Of a stretch of DNA of 64,000 bases, positions 20,247-30,530 are shown piece after piece. Position 1 is the first letter of the stretch. The number at the start of each line of letters is the position of its first letter. The notes under the pieces were generated by a model. It saw only the letters and a list, made by a program, of their open reading frames with translations. It had not been told where the DNA came from and did not search any database. The stretch is taken from assembly GCA_035252175.1 (NCBI GenBank), contig DATFDI010000052.1, positions 5,193 to 69,192 of the forward strand, given 5' to 3'. The DNA comes from Nitrososphaeraceae archaeon (lineage in GTDB: Archaea; Thermoproteota; Nitrososphaeria; Nitrososphaerales; Nitrososphaeraceae). The position numbers and the translations under genes were made by a program.

Positions 20247-21176
20247 TTATGTTTGTTTATGTAAAATAACATGTTTTTCTCCACTGTCGTATGTATGTTC
20301 AAATTCTACTTTGAAATTATGTTTCTCCAATAGATCCATGATTGGTTCGTACAGATTTTTGCCGTTTTCTATATTGTGAACTTCTAAAAGAATTGCAATA
20401 TTCTTGCTTTTTGATAGTATCTTAGAGGCTCCCTTGAGTACTTCAAGTTCAGCTCCTTCCACATCTATTTTCATCCAATTAACTTCATGGCCAATTCCGT
20501 TTTGTTCGAGTAGATTATCTAATGTGTTGGCATTTACTTCTACGAATTTATCTTCTCTAGCGTTTTGCCTACTACTCATTACAGTATTATATATAGTATA
20601 ATGTGACTCTTCGCCAGGTAAATAAAGTTTAATCTTTGTTTCTTTTGAATATACAGCATAGTTTAACGCGATAACGTTAGTTAATCCATTCAGTTTGATA
20701 TTACGATTTAACACTTCAAGATTTCCCGGATGAGCTTCAATAGCTATGACTTTTCCACTTTGACCAACGTATTTTGAAGCTATTATGGAGTATTTGCCTA
20801 TATGTGCTCCAACATCTACCACTGTATCCCCTTGTCTTGGGCGAAAAAGGTCTATTATGTTATTTTCGCGCATTGTTATACCCTTAAAATCATCTTTATT
20901 ATTATGAAAATAAAATTCCAAATTATGTTTTGGAATTTTGAATCTTAAAAATGTTTTTTTATTATTACGTTTCAGAATATTGTAACATTGATACCAGAAC
21001 ATTCCATAATCAAGATCACGTTTGTTATACAGCTGAGCCCTCCTTTCCTTTCCTAAAGTTATTCCGAGAGTAATTCTTAAACTTAAATAAATAATCTTTG
21101 CAATAAACAGTATGCATTTATCGGGTATTGTTACTGCTTCTGATCCCCTTAGTAACCAGAGAACTGTTTCCTTCAT
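20247..21176 (-). CDS. FkbM-family SAM-dependent methyltransferase
   Basis: 'VVDVGAHIGKYS' SAM motif and 'WMKIDVEGAELEVLKG', typical of FkbM. Confidence 0.75.
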   Translation of the reverse strand: MKETVLWLLRGSEAVTIPDKCILFIAKIIYLSLRITLGITLGKERRAQLYNKRDLDYGMFWYQCYNILKRNNKKTFLRFKIPKHNLEFYFHNNKDDFKGITMRENNIIDLFRPRQGDTVVDVGAHIGKYSIIASKYVGQSGKVIAIEAHPGNLEVLNRNIKLNGLTNVIALNYAVYSKETKIKLYLPGEESHYTIYNTVMSSRQNAREDKFVEVNANTLDNLLEQNGIGHEVNWMKIDVEGAELEVLKGASKILSKSKNIAILLEVHNIENGKNLYEPIMDLLEKHNFKVEFEHTYDSGEKHVILHKQT

Positions 21177-21423
21177 TTATCTCCTAAATACTTCTTAATG
21201 GGTAATTAATATGATCGTTTAGAAACGAAATGACTGTGATCGGGTTTTATGATATCCAAATCAGTAAATAGTTTCACTAACTCTTGTTGTTGTGACATAT
21301 TATCTTATAATTCTTAACGTTTCTTCAAAATACAAAGTACAATGTATGGGGTAGTTGAGTAATAACATGCATGAAAATAGCAATTTACCAAAGTTTCATA
21401 TTTTTTCGTGGAGTTTGATAGTA

Positions 21424-22689
21424 TCAACAGGAAGATTTCAATAGCTTTAAATAAAATTCAATATGGTCGTTTGCAATATTGCTCCATCGCAATTTTGGAT
21501 TGAATCGCAGTACATTTTCTTTGTATCTGTTATAGTCACCTGCTAGATTTGCTATCGAATCTGAAAACGATTTCGCATTTCTATTGCAGGTTAGACCAAG
21601 CTGCATTTCTTCAAATTCTCTGAAGAATTCTAAATTACTTGCTACAAATGGAAGACCATGTGCAAGTGCATCAAATAATACTCCCGACACTGAAACAATT
21701 CTGTATGGAAATATGATGGCATCACATGCAAAAAAGAGCTTTGAAAGTGTTATATCGTCAATATGACCAAGGCTTAAATTTATTGCATTGTTGATCCGTA
21801 ACGGTTGCTCTAATCCTCGCTCATGTTTGTTTTGCTTAACTACAAGAGACCAATCCTTTGGCAGACTTAAATTATCCAATATGTCAAATCCCTTATAGGA
21901 ACCTACGTATCCAAACGCTAACAGGAGTCTTTTGTCACTAGGCAGCCCAAAATCTTTTCTGAATTGTTGTTTATTTGTAGCAGATAGCGATTGTACTGGC
22001 TCAGCGCCATGATATATAACAGTCCCCCGTTTGACAATTTTATGAATAGTATTAGCAGGACTTATTATGTCAGACGACAACTTAACTACTTCTTGTAATA
22101 GGCCATATCGCTGATTCATAACCCATTTTCTTATTGCAGCTCGAAGCGGCAATGGAAGAAAACCAAATCTTCCTTCTTTTCTCATAGCTCTTTCTTTTAT
22201 GTATTCTTTATATTCGCGATATGGAAATAGTGTGTGCAGGGTAGATACTGTCGGAACTGGACATTCCTTGTAAAACTTATCAAGAGTTGATCCATGTAAT
22301 ATTCTCCTAAACATGTGACCTATGGTTGTGTCAATTTCATATAATCCCCTTTCATATTGTATGTTAACGATATCTGGCTTTAGTTGCTGTACCAAAGCTA
22401 ATAGGCGGTCGGAATTTTTCATATCTCCTTTCTTGGTAATACCATGAAAAATGCCATTATTGTTATCACCACTATTGTCAATATTGTCACTAACGATAGT
22501 GGTGTTTTTACCATCTACCATAGTGGAGGATATATCTGCATTTGCTTTTTCTTTATGACTATTGGTTACTACATAAACATCGATATTCTTATTGTTATTT
22601 TTCTTGAGCGCGTTTACCAGATGATAACTATATCTCCCAACGCCCCCTTTCATAGGAGGATATTCACCAGAAATTACTAGAATTTTCAA
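21424..22689 (-). CDS. glycosyltransferase, GT-B fold (GT4-like)
   Basis: 'MKILVISGEYPPMKGGVGRY' N-terminus and a C-terminal 'VSGVLFDALAHGLPFVAS' segment. Confidence 0.75.
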   Translation of the reverse strand: MKILVISGEYPPMKGGVGRYSYHLVNALKKNNNKNIDVYVVTNSHKEKANADISSTMVDGKNTTIVSDNIDNSGDNNNGIFHGITKKGDMKNSDRLLALVQQLKPDIVNIQYERGLYEIDTTIGHMFRRILHGSTLDKFYKECPVPTVSTLHTLFPYREYKEYIKERAMRKEGRFGFLPLPLRAAIRKWVMNQRYGLLQEVVKLSSDIISPANTIHKIVKRGTVIYHGAEPVQSLSATNKQQFRKDFGLPSDKRLLLAFGYVGSYKGFDILDNLSLPKDWSLVVKQNKHERGLEQPLRINNAINLSLGHIDDITLSKLFFACDAIIFPYRIVSVSGVLFDALAHGLPFVASNLEFFREFEEMQLGLTCNRNAKSFSDSIANLAGDYNRYKENVLRFNPKLRWSNIANDHIEFYLKLLKSSC

Positions 22690-22727
22690 TTTAATATTGT
22701 GAGATCATATATGGATCGTTATTATAT

Positions 22728-23915
22728 TTATGCCGCCATTAATTGTATATCACGTGCTTTTTTTATATACTGTTGTAGGTTTTTTCTAAATAATGACGAC
22801 GAAAATTGTCTGGCAATATCATAAATCATCGTCATCTTTTCCTCGTCATATTCATCAATATTCTTAGATATGCATTTAGCAGCCTCTTCTACTGTGCTAT
22901 ATTGATTTGCTGATGGGATTATCTCACTGCATCCACCATAAGAAGGAACAATAGGAACAAGACCTGCAGCCATTGCCTCAACAATAGAGATTCCAAAGTG
23001 CTCGCCATACATAGTATGTAGATAAAGCATACTTTCAGACATTGCATTGATCATCTCTTCATTGGTTGCATTTGGAATCAGACTTACTCTATTTTCTAAT
23101 TTGTAATTCTTAATCTTTTTCTGAAGTAAATTAAAATAAGGTCTATTTGTAGGTGTTAGCAATCCGATTAATTTGAACTTTACATCTTGAACCAGTTGAG
23201 CTATAATTATAGCCTTCTCAATTTGCTTTTCAGCAGAGAAGCGAGAGATCACCAAAACCTGACGTTTTCTGGAATTTGATCTATAGGCAGACGAAAATCG
23301 CTCAATATCTACAGGCGGATATAAAACGTGAGAGTTCAGTTGGGGATATGTTTCTTTCAATACATTCTTAGTGAATTTCGAATTAGCCAGTATTATATTT
23401 GATCTGAATAATGCCCTTTCCGTAAGTCTACTCGCTATAGCCGCATACGGTTTGAAATAAACATTCCAAAGAAGTGATTTTTGATACTTTTTACTACTAT
23501 GATCAGAATTAGAAGTATTGAGAGCACTTATTGGAAAATGAAGATATGTTATACATGGTACATTATTTGGAATCATATAAGGCATAATACTGCCATGTGT
23601 ATTTATGATAATATCTGACTCTTGAAGACCTAAACGCGGTGTGGCCATTAACATTCTCTGATATAAGCTGAAATAATTCATTTTAAATGGGATTAGGAAC
23701 CTTGTCTTTGTAATGTGTATTGTTTTTCCGTATATTTTAGCCAAATATTCCAGATTTGGCTTTTGAACGGTAATTAACTCGATGTCATATCCAAGTTCAT
23801 ATAACGATTCTATTGTCTCTATTGCAACCGTTGACTCACCACCAGGAGAGTTCAAAGTATGATGAATTACAACAGCTTTCACAGTACAAGCTATAAGCCT
23901 TCTTGTTATTATCAA
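22728..23915 (-). CDS. glycosyltransferase, GT-B fold (GT4, ALG11-like)
   Basis: 'GEHFGISIVEAMAAGLVPIV' EX7E-type motif. A GTG at 23882 ('VKAVVIHH') is a plausible alternative start. Confidence 0.75.
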   Translation of the reverse strand: MIITRRLIACTVKAVVIHHTLNSPGGESTVAIETIESLYELGYDIELITVQKPNLEYLAKIYGKTIHITKTRFLIPFKMNYFSLYQRMLMATPRLGLQESDIIINTHGSIMPYMIPNNVPCITYLHFPISALNTSNSDHSSKKYQKSLLWNVYFKPYAAIASRLTERALFRSNIILANSKFTKNVLKETYPQLNSHVLYPPVDIERFSSAYRSNSRKRQVLVISRFSAEKQIEKAIIIAQLVQDVKFKLIGLLTPTNRPYFNLLQKKIKNYKLENRVSLIPNATNEEMINAMSESMLYLHTMYGEHFGISIVEAMAAGLVPIVPSYGGCSEIIPSANQYSTVEEAAKCISKNIDEYDEEKMTMIYDIARQFSSSLFRKNLQQYIKKARDIQLMAA

Positions 23916-24179
23916 TATCCATGTAATCGAGCTATACTCGTCTTCATAAGTCTAGTAATAGAAAAAAGAATATGAAATCCAGGCAAGATATATCGTCAAG
24001 CCTCGTTATCAGCCCTTTACATATGTAGGTGGACTGTCATTTAGTTGTATCACGATTAATCTAACAAAAGAATATGTGTATATATAAATATAAGCACTAA
24101 TTTAAACGATAATCTATAGAATAGAATATACACAATTATATTTATCAACAAGATAAGTTAATTGTACTACTGACGCATC

Positions 24180-25016
24180 GTGTCAACAGGAATGATGTCT
24201 ATCCGTGAACATATTGACGAGTTACGCTCGAGAATGCTTCATATCATAATCTCAGTTATGATTATTACTATTTTTTCTATGAGTTTTGGCATAAAAGTGT
24301 TTACAATCTATTATCCTATTGTTGATATTAATAATAATAATGGTATACAATTGTTTTATCCATATCCGGATCCATTCAATAATGTTGCCATCCAAGTTAC
24401 TTCTTTTATGGAAAAGACTTTACTTCCGCAAGAAGTAAAACTAATCCAAACTGCACCTGGACAGGCATTTTTTGCTCAGGTTTATGTCTCGTTATTGATT
24501 GGTATCATCTGCTCAATACCGATAATTATTAAGGAAATATTTGGCTTCATTTCTCCTGCTATTGGCAATCAGACAAAAAAAATTGGAATAATTAATGTAT
24601 TTCTACCCGTTGTTTCTCTATGTATCGCTGGCATAGTATTTTCATATATAGTAGTAATTCCGTTTACCCTTAATTTTCTATATAAGTATGGTCAAGCCAT
24701 TGGTGTTGCAACATTCCTCAACATAAATGACTTTATATCATTTGTACTACAATTTTTTCTGGGATTTGGAATTGCTTTTGAGCTTCCTATCATCATGTAT
24801 GCAATTGCGTTGACTGATATAATCGATACTAGATTTTGGAGAAAAAACTTTAGATATGCTGCTTTGGTTCTGGTAATCTTTGGTGCTATAATAACCCCGG
24901 ACGGTAGTGGCATTACTATGTGGTTTGTTGCAGGGCCAATGATTACACTATATCTTTTAGGGATGATGGCAATTGAAAGAAGAGACAAGATGAGAAAAAG
25001 GATGCTAGTATCCTAG
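24180..25016 (+). CDS. tatC: twin-arginine translocase subunit TatC
   Basis: Six TM helices; 'HIDELRSRMLHIIISV' and 'FFLGFGIAFELPIIMY'. Confidence 0.85.
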   Translation: MSTGMMSIREHIDELRSRMLHIIISVMIITIFSMSFGIKVFTIYYPIVDINNNNGIQLFYPYPDPFNNVAIQVTSFMEKTLLPQEVKLIQTAPGQAFFAQVYVSLLIGIICSIPIIIKEIFGFISPAIGNQTKKIGIINVFLPVVSLCIAGIVFSYIVVIPFTLNFLYKYGQAIGVATFLNINDFISFVLQFFLGFGIAFELPIIMYAIALTDIIDTRFWRKNFRYAALVLVIFGAIITPDGSGITMWFVAGPMITLYLLGMMAIERRDKMRKRMLVS

Positions 25017-25088
25017 GACTTGCAAATTCTTCTATTAAAATATAAAATCAACACTTAAATTATTAATCCTACCTAAATATATGTACAA

Positions 25089-25418
25089 ATGCTAGGACTA
25101 ACTAGCTTCATAATGGGAATTGTTAATGGAGCCGAAATAATAATTATCGTGGTAGTAATTGCAGCACTCTTTTTTGGTGTAAAAAAAATCCCTGAACTAG
25201 CCAGATCATTTGGTAAGGCATCTACAGAATTCGAAAAAGCTAGAATTGAAGCACGAAGAGAGATTCGACAACTTAAGCAAAATAATACTACAAATATCGA
25301 CAGAGAAAAGCTTGAATCGATAGCTGATACATTAGGAATTGATTATTCCAGTAAGAACGACGAAGATCTTAGGTCTTCTATTGAAACAGAAATTAACAGA
25401 AGCAAAGGTCAAGCTTAA
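25089..25418 (+). CDS. tatA: twin-arginine translocase subunit TatA/E
   Basis: Single TM helix followed by the amphipathic 'FGVKKIPELARSFGKA'. Confidence 0.7.
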   Translation: MLGLTSFIMGIVNGAEIIIIVVVIAALFFGVKKIPELARSFGKASTEFEKARIEARREIRQLKQNNTTNIDREKLESIADTLGIDYSSKNDEDLRSSIETEINRSKGQA

Positions 25419-25504
25419 CAATGCGAAATTTTTTTCCTTGAATATTCCTTGTGTTGTATAACTCCTCTATATATTATTAAGATCTAGTCTGACAAGAAGT
25501 AATA

Positions 25505-26614
25505 ATGATCTCTAGATATCATGTTTCAAATATTGTCAAAAATCAATATGACCTAAAGAAAATTACAATAGGTACTTTGGGGAGCCATTCTGCCTTAGAA
25601 ATTATGGATGGCGCCAAAGATGAAAATATGAATACTGTTTGTATATGTCAAAGGGGAAGAGAACTTCCTTATAAGCGATTTAAACGGCTTGCAGATGAAA
25701 TCATTTTGCTTGATAAGTTCTCAGATATTGTAGATAGAGAAAATCAAGATAAATTGCATCACTTAAATACGATAATGATTACCCACCGCGCTCTTACTGC
25801 TTATCTGGGTTATGATAATATTGAAAATAACTTTGAAATTCCCATATTTGGAAATAGGCGGTTATTGCGAGCAGAAGAGCGCACTACAAGTAGAAACCAG
25901 TATTATTTACTTGAGAAAGCAAAGGTCAAATATCCAAGGATCTACAAAAATCCATCTGATATTGACGGACCAGCACTAGTCAAGGTTCAAGAAGCAAAAC
26001 GAAAATTGGAAAGGGCATTTTTCATTGTATCCTCGTATGAAGATTATAAAAGGAAAGCAAAATTAAGGGTTGAAGATGGACTCATTAATGAAGAAGATCT
26101 CAATTCTGCAGTTATCGAGGAATATATAATTGGAACTTACTTTAATTTTAACTTTTTTCATTCTCCGTTAACTAGTGAAACAGAATTTTTAGGAATTGAA
26201 AGAAGATTGCAAACTAACCTACACGATTTCACTACATCATTACCTGCTAGAGAGCAGCTTGAAATTAGTGATAATATTGATCTGCAGAATATTGAAGTAG
26301 GGCATATGCCAGCAAGCATACGCGAATCGCTGCTTGAGAAAGTGTTTGAAATAGGTGATAAATTCACTATGGCAGTAAAAAGAGAATACCCTCCTGGAAT
26401 CATAGGCCCGATTTCATTACAGAGTATTGTTACACCGGACTTGGATTTAGTAGTATATGATGTATCGCTTAGAGTTCCAGGTAATCCAATCATGGCAACT
26501 ACTAGTCCGTATACAAAATATTACTACGGTCATACCATGGGCGTTGGCAGAAGAATTGCAATTGAAGTTAAAAATGCAATAGCACAAAAGAGACTTACGG
26601 AAATAGTAACTTAA
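25505..26614 (+). CDS. purP: 5-formaminoimidazole-4-carboxamide ribonucleotide (FAICAR) synthetase PurP
   Basis: 'IGTLGSHSALEIMDGAKDE' N-terminus, ATP-grasp size, archaea-specific purine-synthesis enzyme. Confidence 0.85.
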   Translation: MISRYHVSNIVKNQYDLKKITIGTLGSHSALEIMDGAKDENMNTVCICQRGRELPYKRFKRLADEIILLDKFSDIVDRENQDKLHHLNTIMITHRALTAYLGYDNIENNFEIPIFGNRRLLRAEERTTSRNQYYLLEKAKVKYPRIYKNPSDIDGPALVKVQEAKRKLERAFFIVSSYEDYKRKAKLRVEDGLINEEDLNSAVIEEYIIGTYFNFNFFHSPLTSETEFLGIERRLQTNLHDFTTSLPAREQLEISDNIDLQNIEVGHMPASIRESLLEKVFEIGDKFTMAVKREYPPGIIGPISLQSIVTPDLDLVVYDVSLRVPGNPIMATTSPYTKYYYGHTMGVGRRIAIEVKNAIAQKRLTEIVT

Positions 26615-26640
26615 TTTGCTGCCATGATATATTATTATTA

Positions 26641-27072
26641 TTATTGTTCGATTGTTTCTTCAAATAAACTCTTCCTTACTTTGATTGGTACGTCATAATA
26701 GGCCGCTAGCGCAATTGAATCTGATGCGCGATAATTTCTTAATATCAATGGCTCTTTCCTACCCTTAAAATACAAATTAGCACGTAAAACAGAACCGCTT
26801 TGATACACTCTAACTTCCATGAGTAATAAATCTTGCATAACTGCTATTTCTTCAACTAAATTATAGATGGTCGGTATGGTATTTTTGTCACCTTCTTTGA
26901 ATCGTGAAATATGTCTGGCAACTTCACCAGAAAATGCACGCATTGGAAATTCTTTTCCATCAAACGTCTTTAATATGACTATGCCTTCTAATCCTAGCTG
27001 ATCAGCAAAACCCACATAACTTATTTTCACAAGTATATACTCTCCATCTTCTTCTGGAAAAGCATTAGTCAT
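26641..27072 (-). CDS. bifunctional nuclease (BFN/DUF151) family protein
   Basis: 'ILKTFDGKEFPMRAFSGEVARHI' ... 'LRANLYF' ... 'RASDSIALAAYYDVPIKV' follows the DUF151 pattern. Confidence 0.7.
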   Translation of the reverse strand: MTNAFPEEDGEYILVKISYVGFADQLGLEGIVILKTFDGKEFPMRAFSGEVARHISRFKEGDKNTIPTIYNLVEEIAVMQDLLLMEVRVYQSGSVLRANLYFKGRKEPLILRNYRASDSIALAAYYDVPIKVRKSLFEETIEQ

Positions 27073-27183
27073 GATAAGTGACTATACATTTCTAAGAATT
27101 AAGGTTTGTCGTCCATTTCTATTACAGCGCTATGGATATACGCTGAGCAGACAAATAGTTGATTTAAAAGATAAGATTAATGA

Positions 27184-28881
27184 TTAATGTATTCTTTCTC
27201 CTTTTTTATGTGACTTCGCAAGCACATTTTGTTCGAAAATAGGCAATGTCTTTGAAATGCTATCTAGATACATCTGTACATGTGGTTCTGCAATCCACAT
27301 CCTTTCGTTTTCAAATAGGTGTCCATATCTCTGTGAGCTCCCAATTCTTTCACGCAATCTAAGGTTATCTAAATATCCCATAGGAATAGTATATTCATCA
27401 AATCCATGATTCCTTGCTATTGTATCAAATACTGAATGCATACCTGAACCATGCTGTGCCGCTTCCTTGATACGGTAGGCTATATTCTTTGGAATACCCA
27501 ACTTTTGGGCAACCCTTCTATGCACATGTTTTCCAAACATGTCATCTCCTGATTTTACGTTTAATTTCGGATCCATATGCATGGAAACTCTAATAATTTC
27601 CATATCAAGAAAGGGTTCTCGCATCTCTATACTGTGTGCCATTGCAATTTTATCCTCTCTTTCAAGAGTCTCTTTGTAAAGCAAAAGCAAATCTTCAGTC
27701 ATATGTTCCCGTAATTTTTGATATCCTTCTTTTTCAACTACTCTTGTATACCATGAATATCCTCCAAAAAGTTCATCAGCACCCTGTCCCGTGAACATTA
27801 CTTTCATTCCATCTTCATGTGCAAGCTTTATTGCAGCATATACTGGAACTGCAACTTCCACTTGGCCGGCATTTGTATTCTCGATAACATTGATAATCTC
27901 AGGAATCATTTGCTCTACCTCACTTCTAGTAAGTTCATTAACTCTTAGCTTTAGTTTGAGTTTCTTTGCTATACTACGTGCAAATGCGATGTCTGTAGAA
28001 CCTTCAATACCAGCAGTATAGCAAATAACTTCAGGTACCATCTTCTTTGCAAGCCATGCAACGATTACACTGTCAATACCACCAGAGAAAATTATTCCAA
28101 CTCTCTTGAAGTCCTGCGTACGTTTTTTCATGGACATAAGTAATGCCTTTTGGTACGCGCTAACGGCTGAAGCCATTGTTTTATAAATTATTTTAGTTGA
28201 TTGTACAGGAGCTTGTGCTACCTCGAATTCTTGCAAAAGGCAATTTGATTTGATGAGTATTGCATGTCCAGGCAATACACATTGTGTAGGCTCTTTTATT
28301 CCTACTTTCCATAATGCCTTTCGCTCGGATGCAAAGGCTACAAAGCTATTATTTTCGCCATAATAAATCTGCCTTACACCAATTTTATCTCTAACTAGAG
28401 CTATGGTTCCTGTTACTTCGTCCTTGATAACAATGGCATATACACCATCAAGTTCAGCAACTGTTTTTCTAATTGCAGAAACTAAATCATTACTTTTAGT
28501 GAAATGATCTTCTAATAAGTGAACTATAACTTCACTATCGGTTAGAGTATCAAATTTATGGCGTTTTAATAATTTCCTTCGAATTTGCTTATAGTTGTAA
28601 ATCTCGCCGTTATGTTCAACAGTTAATCTGTTATCGCAGCTATGAAAAGGCTGCTGCCCGCAAGTACCGCCTACTATTGCAAGCCTTAGATGGCCCAACG
28701 CACTGCTTCCATAAAGCTTATGGTATTCCACATTGTTAGGTGAGTCTGACTGTACAACAAAATTGTCAGCCGCTATTCCTGCCCCGTCAGGGCCCCGGCT
28801 TGCAATGCAAGAGAGCATAGGCCCAATGAGCGGTGCAACATTCTCATTCTTTTTGCTTAAAATACCTACTATTCCACACAT
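27184..28881 (-). CDS. asnB: asparagine synthase (glutamine-hydrolysing)
   Basis: Ntn nucleophile 'MCGIVGI' and PP-loop 'FSGGIDS'. Start placed at the Met directly preceding the Cys; the ORF extends to 28896. Confidence 0.9.
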   Translation of the reverse strand: MCGIVGILSKKNENVAPLIGPMLSCIASRGPDGAGIAADNFVVQSDSPNNVEYHKLYGSSALGHLRLAIVGGTCGQQPFHSCDNRLTVEHNGEIYNYKQIRRKLLKRHKFDTLTDSEVIVHLLEDHFTKSNDLVSAIRKTVAELDGVYAIVIKDEVTGTIALVRDKIGVRQIYYGENNSFVAFASERKALWKVGIKEPTQCVLPGHAILIKSNCLLQEFEVAQAPVQSTKIIYKTMASAVSAYQKALLMSMKKRTQDFKRVGIIFSGGIDSVIVAWLAKKMVPEVICYTAGIEGSTDIAFARSIAKKLKLKLRVNELTRSEVEQMIPEIINVIENTNAGQVEVAVPVYAAIKLAHEDGMKVMFTGQGADELFGGYSWYTRVVEKEGYQKLREHMTEDLLLLYKETLEREDKIAMAHSIEMREPFLDMEIIRVSMHMDPKLNVKSGDDMFGKHVHRRVAQKLGIPKNIAYRIKEAAQHGSGMHSVFDTIARNHGFDEYTIPMGYLDNLRLRERIGSSQRYGHLFENERMWIAEPHVQMYLDSISKTLPIFEQNVLAKSHKKGERIH

Positions 28882-29216
28882 TTTATTATAACCCAAATTC
28901 CATGAAGAGCATAGTTCTCATCGCGAACGATAGTATACTTGCTCAACCACAGATACACTATATAGTTCATAATACTTTAAAAGTGTTATGTAAGGAGCTT
29001 TTACAATAAATCGAGAATATCAATATTGATACCATTGTCGCAAATTAACTCCAGGTGATCATCACTTAAATTATCGTACTATTAGACATACAATATAGAA
29101 TATGTATTGTCTAATTTCTCTGCTTTTAGGCCTTCGTACCGACTCCAATATAATATATTAAAAAAGAATTTTATTACATAGAAAATACTTATTAAAAAAT
29201 AAAATTAGTTGTTTGC

Positions 29217-30401
29217 CTATGCAGAATGAATGAAACTCGGTGCTCTATTATGAAGTATGTTTGCAAATCGATGAGTGTCTATATCTTTGAATGGTGCGAT
29301 TTTTTGTAATTCAGATGGTTGATGTCCTTCATTTAATATATCCCTTCCGCGTAGTTCCTCAAGTATTTTTTCTCTTAGCTTCGGAGGGCAAATCTTGCTA
29401 TGATAGATGCAACCTAGAGATCCATTAAACATTTCCTTCAAATGGATATCCCCTTTTTCTTCGTGAAAATGTGGATTGCGTGTTTCGACCTGCATGACCT
29501 CTACCCCTTTATCCATTGCTTCCTGATTTTCAGTGGGCACAATTCCTCCAAATTCCTCTAATATACCTACAATTTCATAAGTCTCTACAGAAAAACCTGG
29601 TGAGTAAGTCAGAAGCTCTGCTAGTTTCATCGACATGCAGTGCTCACCTGAATTTCCTGTACGCATGACTTCAGTCTCAAAACCAGTGTAATAAGATATT
29701 AATGAGTTAAGGTGTTGATTTGTTACTTCTGATACTCTTCCCCACTTAGAAAAATATACACCACTTTCTGATACTTTGGGTTTGTAAATCCATGATATGC
29801 GAACCATTGTAAAAGGTGTATTAGACATTGCAATTCCTGATGCGAATATTTTCACATATTCATTTACTGCACCAGGTACGTAATTATCTGCATCGATAAA
29901 TCCCACATATTCCTTTCCTGCCATTTTGGCAAGTAGCATTCCAATCATCATTCCTTCTGCCTTGCCATTTCTAACTGCACCATCAGGGCCAAATATACTA
30001 GTGTAGCCAACCTCTTTTAGTGCATCAGATAGCCCAGGATCCTTTTGATGTAATATTAGAGCATTTTTTCCTACAAATCTATTAAATTGTTCAAGTGCAT
30101 CTTTTTCCAACTTATATCTGTCAACAGGTTGTCTTGGACTATTAGACACAATAATTGTTAAGCAGTCATGGGGTATTCCACTCAACACACCTTCAAGCAA
30201 CTTTAGACGCTCCCCTTTAATAGGTATGACAATAGCTATTTTTCTTTCAATTTCGGAGATCTCCTCATTTCCAACACTTCTAATGGTTTCAGACGTTATC
30301 CTACCATCATTAAAGCCTGAATCCAATTCATATACTCGCTGTACTCCATGTAGGCTTATAGCTCCAAACCTTTCAGTGTATCTTGGCAGGTCGAGTTTCA
30401 T
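29217..30401 (-). CDS. mpgS: mannosyl-3-phosphoglycerate synthase
   Basis: Collinear with the Pyrococcus MPGS as I remember it: 'IVIPIKGERLKLLEGVLSGIPH', 'IIVSNS', 'HQKDPGLSDALKEVGYT', 'GKAEGMMIGMLLAK', 'GFIDADNYVPGAVNEYVK', 'NPHFHEEKG'. Confidence 0.85.
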   Translation of the reverse strand: MKLDLPRYTERFGAISLHGVQRVYELDSGFNDGRITSETIRSVGNEEISEIERKIAIVIPIKGERLKLLEGVLSGIPHDCLTIIVSNSPRQPVDRYKLEKDALEQFNRFVGKNALILHQKDPGLSDALKEVGYTSIFGPDGAVRNGKAEGMMIGMLLAKMAGKEYVGFIDADNYVPGAVNEYVKIFASGIAMSNTPFTMVRISWIYKPKVSESGVYFSKWGRVSEVTNQHLNSLISYYTGFETEVMRTGNSGEHCMSMKLAELLTYSPGFSVETYEIVGILEEFGGIVPTENQEAMDKGVEVMQVETRNPHFHEEKGDIHLKEMFNGSLGCIYHSKICPPKLREKILEELRGRDILNEGHQPSELQKIAPFKDIDTHRFANILHNRAPSFIHSA

Positions 30402-30530
30402 ATATGTTAGAAGGACTAACTGTTTATAATGCTTTTACTCTTGATTCTATAGCATAACTAAAAACTATCAAAATGATATAAAAATTCTCTTACAAATGTG
30501 GAACAAATTAAAAAGTAAAAATTTTGTTTT

